DNA from: Perkinsus chesapeaki ATCC PRA-425
Taxonomy: Eukaryota > Protista > Perkinsozoa
DNA length: 64,000 nucleotides
Assembly: GCA_013115145.1 (NCBI GenBank)
Contig: JAAPAO010000105.1
Span: 1-64,000 of the forward strand
Reading direction: 5' to 3'
Positions within the stretch are counted from its first letter, which is position 1. Every line of letters starts with the position of its first letter. Position numbers and translations under genes: made by a program. Under the pieces are notes generated by a model that worked only from the letters and a program-made list of their open reading frames with translations, was not told the DNA's origin and did no database searches. Positions 53,757-64,000 of this stretch are shown in pieces.

Positions 53757-56700
53757 TATCCCTCCTTCCTCATCCTCATCCATCGGTTCCACAGTCTTCG
53801 CTATGTTAACTGCCCCACCACCATCAGAGCTGCTGGACGACGAGGATGATCTATGGGGACCTGAAAAGGATCCGAAAGTGCATCGTCTCGAGTTTGCGTC
53901 CTATCCAGTTTGGATACCATAATCAGCTTTGGTATATCCAGATGATCACCTACACGAAATTGCGATGGAAGGAATTTTCGAGAGCATTTTCCGTCGGTTC
54001 TTGCGCACACTGGAGAAGTATATTTTTCCTTTGCTGATCCGAGTTAGTCCAATCCTGGCCTCAATATAGCTGAAAATGCTATTGCAGGCAGGAGAGGGAC
54101 ACACACCAGTGGTGGTAGACACAGTCGACTCAAGAAGGGCATTTTACACGTGTGGAGAATTGAAATAGAAATAGGAAAATTAATGGATAAGAGAAGTTTG
54201 ACTCGAACCACTGATCTGAGGGTACAAAAATAATACTATGAATTATTAAGTCTTAGTAAATTGGAACTTAGGTACAAAATAGCAAGTTCTAGAATCGACA
54301 AGTTTACCTTCACCGAAGAAATCCGCAACGGTTTCACTTCGTTGACTCGTCTGAAAGATACAAAATAGGTCAACTTCCGGTCTGGTGTATATTACTGATA
54401 TCATGGCGGCTCCCACGAGTGGTGCCGCTGAAGGCATCATGCCTAGTTGGATAGGAACCGATACAGGTGGCAACAGAGGATAGCTCGCCAAGACCCCAGG
54501 CTGACATATGAAGTATCTTACCAGCTTCAAGCCAAGATATCTTACATCAACCTTCCAAAAGATATCCCATGCTTGCTGGAGGAGAACTATCCCGTCCTCC
54601 AGCCCAAGCATAAATTATATACCAACTACTTGGGCTGCCAACAAGAAGTCAAAAAGTGTTACAGAAAAAGCGCGCGCCCGTCTAATCGATTCTAAAATAA
54701 GTACCGTGAGTGTGCCTTTGAACATTACACTGGTAATATGATTCTTATATGATACTTGTAATGATATGAATGACCTCATTCGACCTTTATAAAGATCTTT
54801 TGACAGTTTTATAAATGGTAGGGTATCATGAATACACTGCTATTCTTCTAGGAGGTACTGGTAAGCTGGGCAGCCACCTTGTCCGAAGCTTCCTCCTATC
54901 CCCTTTATGTGAGCATATCTTAGCTACCCGCTTTGTGGTGATATATCTACTACAGGCAATCGACTAGTATGTATTGGTAGGCCAGGACAAGCAGATAGAC
55001 TGGAGAAGTTTATTACGGATAAAATGGGGGTAGCTGGTGCTAAGTAATCTTCATACCGAACTTTTCTCGATTTCTCCTAGATTGTGGGGGTAACCTCTAG
55101 AGCAGTAATATCTGAATCTATTCGTTGGCCTTGCTGAGGCTGTGACAAGGGTATCGGACTAGTCGGAGAGTTGATTGTCTATCAACAACAGATGGACAAC
55201 TGAGGATCGCATTTGACGCGCTAAAATCATTTACTTGTTAAAGCCTCTAAGGACGCCGATAGTTCAGTTGCTTCTGATTAGGTCCAAGCTGCAAGCCATA
55301 GATATCTCAGAAGACTTATCGGACTTAGCGGGAGCGATGAAGCAATATGGTGCAGGGGCCGAGCTGGCAGTGTCCGCACTTGGAGCGAGAGGGGGAAGGT
55401 AGTAGCTTTGGTGTAATGGTAGAATCGTCGATTTTCCATCCCGACGGCGTCAGTTCGATTCCCAGAAGGGGCTTGTCAGATACAATTTAGCGACTCCAGC
55501 TGACCTACTTCGTCTAGATGTAACCGAAAACCTTCGATTCGCGGAAACTGCCGCCCAGGAAGTCGGTAAGGCTCGAGGGTGTCGCCAGTAGAACAAGACT
55601 GCTGTTATCATCATCAGGTGCATCGCACATTACATTGATGAGCCATATAGCAGCTGATCATAGCAAATGGGGGAAGGGGACTGAAGGGAAAGGAATGCCG
55701 AAGGGGTTCAAGGAGGCTAAGGGACTCTTGGAGTAAGCATTGTTCAGTGGGCGGTGAGACGTTTACTTGTAGTCGACTGGCTTCACTGTCCTGTTCACAT
55801 TTAGTAAGTAGGTATTACTCTCGCGAGGGATAAGTACGATATCAACCCTTTAGGACTTGCTTATTATAGAAAACGGGCGGTATAAAAATCCTCTGGTCTT
55901 AGTTACGTAGTCAGTCAATAGGTTCATGAATCAACCTTGTATGAATCTTACATATCATACCGTCTTTAGATATCGCATAGAGAAGTCAGATGTGCTTAAG
56001 TCACTGGGTACCAGAGTTTCGATATTTAAGCCATCACTTATAATTGGGGAGCAGTCTGATCAATGTGGTAGGTCCAAAGGGCATCTCAGGTGACCGTCGA
56101 ACGATTTCCGAAGCCCCTTATCAGTCTTGAAGACTTATCGTTGAATTACTAGTGCCGAATTCCTCCCGGTTCCTTCGTCTCTTTGTCGGAGGCTTTGAGG
56201 CGACAGCTCGTCGCCCATGAGCAACTTGTCCTGTGATAATAGTAATGCTTGCTTCCCTCGGTGCCTTATGTTGTAGCACCAGTAGTGGGAGCTCGTACAA
56301 AGCGTGGCACTGGTTGTAGGAAATGCCTTCCCGTGTGACACAGCTGCACGATTGGCTATATCGGTATATTACCTAGTTTTCAGAACTGCCCGGCCTGGCA
56401 AGTGTCCCTATAAAGGAGAAGTTGGTTAATATAATGTATCCAATTCAAGCACAGTTTATGCTGGCGCAGTATAGAGAGATAAGTGCTGAGCATTTGGCCT
56501 TGGCGGTAATAATCTTGGCGGGAAAGGGTCTCGTAAGGAGATAATAGATTATAATTATATTGTTGAGGAATATGGACGGTTCGGGGCAAATAAGAGTGGC
56601 CGCCGCGCTGTCGCTAGTCCATCCTAGGGCCGAGAGCGTACTATAGTTCTTGGATCAAACTTTGTTATAATTCTCGCGCGCCTCGAAATGTGTAGAGTAT

Positions 56701-57100
56701 TCTATTTTGCTGAGAGAGAGCGGGTATCTTGGGGCAGTTATCACGGTAATAGGGTTCGAAACTGATAAACTAAATAGGAATGGATAGATTATTCCTTCGT
56801 ATAGCAAGTGGTCCGGCTTGGACTTCGGTATTGGTAGTATTGTTACTTTGGGACATTCTAGATGTCACTGGCGGGGATCGAACCTGCGCGTTCAGATACG
56901 TATTAATCATGAAATGTGTGTTCCCCCGGAAGGTGTATTGATGGAGCCTCTGGGATATGAGGAATGTATGAAATTAGTCGGCAAAGATGAAGCCATTTAA
57001 CGTGCTGCTGCTGCTGCTCCGCTTGCTGCTGCTGCTGTTGTTCAAGTAGTGTTTCTTCATGCCTTTGGTAGAACTGAGTTGGCCTCTACGGGGGGGGATT
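53757..57100 (-). CDS. large hypothetical multi-exon protein
   Basis: Series of minus-strand coding-like blocks with GT/AG ends, from a poly-Q block (57000-57045) to a terminal EPMDEDEEGG*. Not fully assembled. Confidence 0.35.
55402..55472 (+). pseudogene. degenerate tRNA-Gly-like relic
   Basis: TGGTGTAATGGTAGAATCG...TTTCCAT...GTTCGATTCCC has A and B boxes at tRNA spacing and a TCC in the loop region, but broken stems. Confidence 0.5.
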
Positions 57101-57419
57101 GCTCGTTCGAAGCCCCTTACTGAGTTGCATTCTATGAATATGTGGATAGCAGTAACAAAGAATGTAGAATAGCAATATGAGGTTGTCTAGGAAAATTCGT
57201 GGGGTAGTTTGGGCTTTCATATTGGTCGCGGGGTGATGGAAATGTCCTTCCAGAGGAGGCGTATGTGGCGATGTGATGAAACTTTCATCACAGTGCGTGA
57301 TTCCAGTTGACGCCGACGACGACGTTCTGAGAGCTGCGAGGTTTTGGAACTAAAGTGTATTTCATAGTTGATCGATTATTGTGTAGTTTTCTGTCCCCTT
57401 CTTTATTTGAATTCTCACT

Positions 57420-59341
57420 ATGCCCGGTCAACAACGAACTCTTCAGCCTTACGTCACTGGAGCATCAGTCTTGGCTGTGAAGTAAGGGCGGAGCGAAGCG
57501 ATTCATGTATTACGTTTTCAGGTATAAGGATGGTATCATAATGTGTTATGATACTTTGGCCAGCTACGGTAGTTCGGCTAGGTTCACTGGTGTTGACAGG
57601 ATTACTAAGGTACGATATAAGGAACAGAGAACGACGGAAAATTTTAAAAGTTTTTCGGAAAATTTTCGCATCTGTTTTTCGCTTCTCGTGGACTCTGTGG
57701 CGATTGATGGCATAAATTGACGATTCACTTGTTCGTTAGTCTTCTTGGACTGCTTTTCATTAGGAGGCAGACGTAGAATTTTATTGATTACGAATTGCTT
57801 CTCGTCGTTGGAATATTTATTCGCCCCCTCAGGCTGAGCTCCGTTGGTGAAGCTCTAGGGCGGATGGAGATATTGAAGTGTTACACTCCAAGTATATTCC
57901 GGAAATTTTCCCGAAAATTTTTCCTCGTGGAGATGAAGGCATGATGTTTGTCACTGTTAGGTTGGCAACAACACTTTGGTGGCCGCGTCGGGAGAGGTTT
58001 CGGATTTCCAGTAAGTATCTTGGCTTGAAGGTGGTAAGATGCGTCTGAGGTTGAATGGCGTCTCTCAGGTACCTAAAGGATTCTCTGCAGGATCTTGAGA
58101 ACGAAGACTGGCTTTGTGATGATGGAACTGAGTAGGTATCCTAGCTCGAAGCTGGGAAGATACCTCAAAGGTTAATTTAACATCCCTCATCTTAGGCGCG
58201 GCCCTTCAGAATGGGCCCAATACATCAGTCGTGTTTACTACCAAAAGAGAGGGAAGATGGATCCTCTATATAACAATGTTGTTATTGGTGGTATCAATAA
58301 GAAGGGCAGCAGCAAGCAGCCATTCTACCTAGCTACTGTCGATCTTTATGGTACATTCTTCGAAGAGGATATCATCGCTACTGGTAAGTGGGATTTTCGT
58401 TTACGGTTTTTACCATCTTTACATCGGAACGAACTCTGTTCGCATGAATTGAGATAGACTTTAGGTTGACCGAGATATGAAGTAGCTCGCTATCGTCATA
58501 TATCCCTCAAGCTCTGACGTAACCTTTGAAGGTTGAGGTGTTGTCATTGTTGTTGGTTGGACACTTGTATGGTGAATGTTACTTACTATCAGTTCGCCAC
58601 CTTGTGATAGCAAGTCTAGGTGTTCGTTTCAGATGTTTGGACGGTAGCATTATTACTATCATCTTCATTGCTCATCGCTTTAATCAATTTCCTATTATTA
58701 TTACTTTTCTAGGTTTCGGTCAGCATTTGGCTATTCCTATCATGCGTAGGAAGCATCGTAATGATATGACTGAGGAGGAGGCCAAGGATATGTTACAGGA
58801 GTGTAAGTACCCGCCTTGGTGCGCATGCGTGCAGAATTATTGTGTCGCGCCGGTCGCTGTCTCAGGTATGCAGGTGTTGTATTATCGTGACTGTTATTGC
58901 TCTAATAAAGTTAAGTTCGCGACGATTACCCCTGAGGGGACAAGAATCTTTAATGAGGTGAGTTCTCTTCGATCGACTTGTGGACATTTTCTTACCACAC
59001 CATCCGAGGCTCTTTGGGCATGCTCAGAGCCAGACTCCCCGTTGCACTGCAACTGTTAGGCCTGCTTCTTGTGACTTAGGAATAAGGCAATAACAATCTG
59101 ATGTAGGATTTCACGACTTGTAAAATATTCAGTATAATATGGCAATAATGAGCAATACTCTTCAAGTGGGTGATGGACTCCGGCCTACGCAATTCTTGCC
59201 CGTACTGGAGTAGAAACTGAAGACGGTTTAAACGTATTTGTCATACTTGTGAATCAGGTAACTCTTACTGGAAAGTGGGATTATCAGAGATGGATCACCC
59301 CGACTATTGAGATGTCACAAACACTTGGTTCAAGCTGGTAG
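57420..59341 (+). CDS. PSMB4: 20S proteasome subunit beta-7 (PSMB4/Pre4)
   Basis: MPGQQRTLQPYVTGASVLAVK|YKDGIIMCYDTLASYGSSARF, MDPLYNNVVIGG, VDLYGTFFEEDIIAT|GFGQHLAIPIMR, CMQVLYYRD and last exon ending QTLGSSW*. Confidence 0.95.
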
Positions 59342-59872
59342 AGCTAATATACTACTAGAGCGATCAGAAGCGTTAGGAATAATCATTTCTTAAGCCATCT
59401 TCTGACTTTGGTTAGTATTTATTATAAAAGAAAGGCGTTCTCAGGGCAAGTATCACAAGCAGGCTACTAGTCATTTCAACACTCGGACAATTCGTAACCA
59501 GGAAATATTGATTATAGTTCATCGAAGGCACCAATACAGATGGTTATTAACAGTTGATGGCATTTCACGGGACTATATTGACTCCAGCCCCTTGGCGGTG
59601 GAGTAGACTGCTGCCCTGAACGACTTGGGTAATATCCTATCGTAGAGTAGTAACTGTTGGCCATCCGGGAGGTAGCTTAACAATAGAACAGGACAACGAA
59701 GACGATTTGAGCTAACCTTGCTACTGTTGAGATTGTTCCTGCTCGCCATTGCTGATTTCCGTCATTGAGCTCCCTCCCATCGTGCGGAGTAAAATTGCGA
59801 CTTGTCAAGGGCGACCTTTGAGGACGGGCGGAATTAGTAGGATAAATAATACATTCTTGGCGAGGTTTTCCT

Positions 59873-61868
59873 ATGTCAAACATGTCACCAGCTCCATCTA
59901 CAGGAAGTATCCACCGCATACTGCAATTGTTAACCCCACCAGCAAGACTGACAGGAATAGTTGCATCTGGCTTTGGAAGAGGTTCTAAGCTATTAGGCTT
60001 CCCAACAGCCAATATAACATCACAGAGCCCGGGGGTGGCTGAGTTCTTGGAAAATGCTGAGACTGGTAATAAAGGGGAGGTAGGTGATAATGCATGGGTC
60101 CTCATTGGGATGGCCAGGAAGAATTTCCGAAGGATTTCTCTGTGGAGAAATTCTCTCGGACGAACTTGTGATAGTGATTCTTATTTGCTAAATTAAATTA
60201 ATTAAACTAAGTTAGAAACCACTTCATTCATCAGTAGGTTACTTCAACTATGTTCATAAAAGTATCCACTTTGATTCGACGTTCCTGAGGCTTTCCCGCA
60301 CTCTGCATTTCGATGCTAGGCTCTTGCTTACTGTATGGCCTGTTGGAGTGTGATATCATTAATACGGCTTCAATGAAAACGCTTGATCGATTTGTATTAT
60401 AGAGATCGAGAGTGTCTAGCCCAAGCCGATGATCGGGCAGTTGAATTCGCAGACTCCCCCCTACTTGTTGCGAAGGAAGTATGAGATCCAAAAATATCAC
60501 TTGGCTGCAGCTTTCATCCTCCTCCCCCTATGGCCATCCCCCTTTCGCCAATGCTTTCATGAGCGTTAAACTTGTGCAGATGTCTAACGGGCTTCATTTG
60601 AGTAGCCTTAGTACCCGTATCGAGGGTCGCATTAGATCTTTGCTTTGTAAAAAGTTCGATGGTGTCGCGCGTGGCGTTGGCTCCGTCTGCACCACCGTTC
60701 CGGTCAGCAGGCCAAATCGGGGATCTCGTCGTCAACGAGTCGTCGAAGAATATGATAGTCGATGACATATCGATACTTCTCTCGATCTTCAGGCGTCTAC
60801 CTCGGATACGCGCAGGTGAGGCCTCAGAAGGGCGTATCGATTTCAGCTGTGGATGGCGGAGTGTTCCCAACTGCCTTGAGTGTCGGTATTAACCCTAGCT
60901 TCAACGATGTTAAGGAGAAGTTGGTCGAGGCATATATCCTACATCAGTAATAATGGGATGGTTAAATCGATCATGTGATCGATTTGGGAAACTTAACTGC
61001 GAAGGATATTCTAAAAAATGGAACAGTTGCATTTCGACTTTTTGAGACGTTCCAGCGGCGCTCCCGAAGACTCCCCTTCAGCGATAATGTAACGCCCCGT
61101 TTGATTGTCCTGCTACTAACTCATTCGTAAAGTCCCGTCAACGAAGCTATCACTGTTTCATTCCTGCGACACCTTTTCGTTTCCTTCCTACATCATCCGT
61201 AATACGCATCGTGACCCTACAATTGACTTAACAATCTCTTTGTATGGGGCTTACGACTAAAAGAACATCGGTAGTTTCAGTAAACTCATACGACAGTACA
61301 TTTATAAAGTCTTCGTTGCGAAAACCGTCGGATGTTTCGGAAATATATCCATGTGTTCAGATATCCCACGGACTTCTACGGTGCGGAGCTTCGATTGCTG
61401 GTATTGGGAAGATTCCGTCCTGAGTTGCCGTTCGAGTCTATGGATCAGCTGAAGGCTGAAATGAAGGTGGCAAGGGTTTGCTTTTCATCAGCTTTATTAC
61501 ATTGCGCATCACCAACATTTTCAGCACTTGATTAGTAATTACTACTTTAAAATTATTAGTACACTATTAGCATTAACTATACTATCAGTACTAGTAAATC
61601 TTCCGAACTTTTCTAGGACGTCCTCAAGAAACGTTGTGTGGAATATAAGCAAAAATGTAATAAAGCATTCCCTATATTCCTCAAGGAATATATGCTACTA
61701 GCAAGGTGAATATATGCTGTTGGTAGTTTAATTTAATTTCAGATTGATTGTGACTTCACCGTCGGAGAGCTATCGAAAGATCCTCTGAGGAAGTACCGTG
61801 ATGATCCTTTGTTCAAGGAAGATGTTTCTGGTAGCAGCAGCAGCACTAATCAAACTTGCTCTATGTGA
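59873..61868 (+). CDS. RFK: riboflavin kinase
   Basis: GIVASGFGRGSKLLGFPTAN, G|VYLGYA, LSVGINPSF, VEAYILHQ|YPTDFYGAELRLLVLGRFRPELPFES..|IDCD. Confidence 0.95.
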
Positions 61869-61927
61869 TGAATCATTTGTCTTGGGTTCTAAGGAATTAT
61901 CAATCGAGTTGTCATAGTCTTTGAGGG

Positions 61928-64000
61928 ATGTTGGGGAGATCGAGAAGTCTGATGATGGTTCACGCGCAGTTGACCGCTAGATTGAAGAGGACAACTTCCC
62001 CTACCGACTTGCTGCACTTGCTGCACGAGAACAGTAAGTGAATCATACTATCGCGAATCGGCTAACTTGGCGGCGTTATAACAGCAGCCTCGTGCTTGCT
62101 CTCATGAACGTTTCAACGGTCATAGAGGATCATCAGATGTTACCAGAAAATACCCTTATAAGGGTTCTCTTATGTGGCCTTCTAGCAATCTGTTATAATG
62201 AAGGTTTCGATTCTACCTCGGCTACATGTGGGCAAAGCATAGAGCTCACTCACGGTTCACGGAATATCTTCATACCGTAACTTACGTAACGTATTGTAAT
62301 TTCTGGGGTATGGCCTTGTCATGTAATTTAGCCCAACCCTAAGCTCAGAAGTTGGGGCGATTGTTATCCCTCTACGGACGAACTCCCGTGAGAGAGGACG
62401 GTTCTCTGGTTGATGAATACGTTGAACTTGGCTGATAATATATTAATATTTACTCCACTGTACTCGGTATTCAAGTGCTTTAACCGCGACAATCTTATAT
62501 AAATGAGGGTATCTTATAGTCATATAAAATCACTTTACTATTCTGCGAGTGTGTTAAAGGCAAATGCTGTGCAGGTGTGGCTCTTCTCGTTGCATCAGTT
62601 TGCTCATGCCGGAATGCTGAAAAAGCTGAGGTTGGGGAACCCCGTGACTTAAGTTGCTTGGTAGAACTGAAGGTGTACCTATTTAGAGGCTTGAATACTC
62701 ATGGCAATTTCCGGGAGATGTTGATCGATGTTTCCACTACCAGAAGTTGGTATGGAACAGGGACTTGGGAAATCTTGTTGAGTGATGAAATTGAAGGAAC
62801 TCACGATATGAGAGCAATTACGGTGACGTGAGCTTAGTGCATTCTTTTTACTGTGGTTGTGTAGAATGCGTTGCAGCGACGAGTTAGTTTTCTAGGTGAG
62901 CTGGTCGGGGCAGTCCAGACAGTTGCGGCATGTGGTGCCTTAGCGAGGAGCATCGCTGATAGCAAACGGAAGGGAGATAGATTCAGTGTTGACTGCCCGG
63001 AGGAACTAACGAGCCTGATTGGTGAGCAGCGCATGCGTGCAAATCAGAATTTTGATTCAGGTAATCTTGTAAGTAAATTCACAGAGTCGGGAGAGATAAC
63101 GAGTTGCCCACGATTGGTAGCTAATACAGCGTGGGCGTTAGCTCAGATGGATGGTGGCCAGAGAGCAGGAGGAGGAGGGTCATCAATTCAAGGTGACTGC
63201 TGATTAACCGTTAAAAGCCTTCTTAGGGATTTATTACCCTTACCAGTCGCGGGCTTACCGCCCCAGCCACATTTGTCGGCATATACATCATATCACTTCA
63301 AGCCAGGAGTCTCGCATACTGTATGTTTTGACGTAGAAAATTTGTGTGGGCATTCCCGCACAATTTGTCAGCATCTACACTCTTTCGTAGAGCACGTCCT
63401 ACTCTTATAGATACCAGCATAACAATCACTGGGAACCAAGACTTGAGAATTGGGGTTGAAGCGGATTAGGCTTTAGCAAAACCCTTTTACGAGGGGATGA
63501 ATTATCCCCTATGGTTAACTCGCATATAAAGATGTAGTTGTGAAGAAGGAGGTACGTGGAGACTAGATACTGCCACTGTACGTAACTTGGATGCATAATA
63601 GATCAGAGAAAAATATGCCAATTTAGATTTTTAGAATTAGAGGCACGCCTACTGGGTTCACACAAGGTTGACCTGTATTGTGTCTCAGCGCGGTTCATTT
63701 CATCATCAATAAAGAGTCTACCGGTGACAGTGGGGGATATGAACCCGCAGGAGATATCCCTGCTTTTATGGTCGATGGCGAGATGCTGTCAAAGACGGAA
63801 TCGATCGAAGTTCGCGGATGGGCTGCATCCTACTCAGATAGCCGAGGTCACTGGATTGGCCATTGAGGTGAGGGCATGGGAGAGATGTATCCGACACGTA
63901 TGTCTCGGGAAATGGATCCTTCCCCGATGATCCGGAAGGGAAGTAGAGCATCGCTTGTCTATCGTGGGAAAATCGAATAAATGCTGTTGGGTAATTCTGG
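61928..64000 (+). CDS. OPR/HPR helical-repeat (RAP/FASTK-type) organellar RNA-binding protein, runs off the window end
   Basis: Repeat-like motifs PRLVANTAWALAQM and MNPQEISLLLWSMAR, plus an Arg/Ser-rich N-terminus. Confidence 0.6.

Overview
Eukaryotic, gene-dense, intron-rich window with many short GT-AG introns of about 40-60 nt. Gene content and architecture suggest an alveolate protist, most likely Perkinsus (inference, no search run). The left third (about 1-23 kb) is a rearranged accessory region. It holds a SHIPPO-repeat gene, two intronless DXO/Rai1-fold nuclease paralogs, intronless secreted proteins, and three intact paralogs plus two fragments of a CTP-dependent lipid-alcohol kinase (VTE5/DGK1/SEC59 family). 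A roughly 500-bp direct duplication joins chimeric gene ends there. The rest is mostly housekeeping: DnaJ, RING-H2, PCID2/Thp1, RPT6, Rab18, a chromo-like plus SP-RING SUMO ligase, PSMB4, riboflavin kinase and an OPR/HPR-like protein. It is interrupted by an internally deleted Tc1/mariner-superfamily transposon with 197-bp TIRs and a TA duplication. An apparently intact tRNA-Pro(CGG) lies in an RPT6 intron, and several tRNA-derived relics, perfect micro-hairpins and periodic A/T-tract introns are scattered through the window. Exon models were spliced by eye, and gene ends are approximate where stated.
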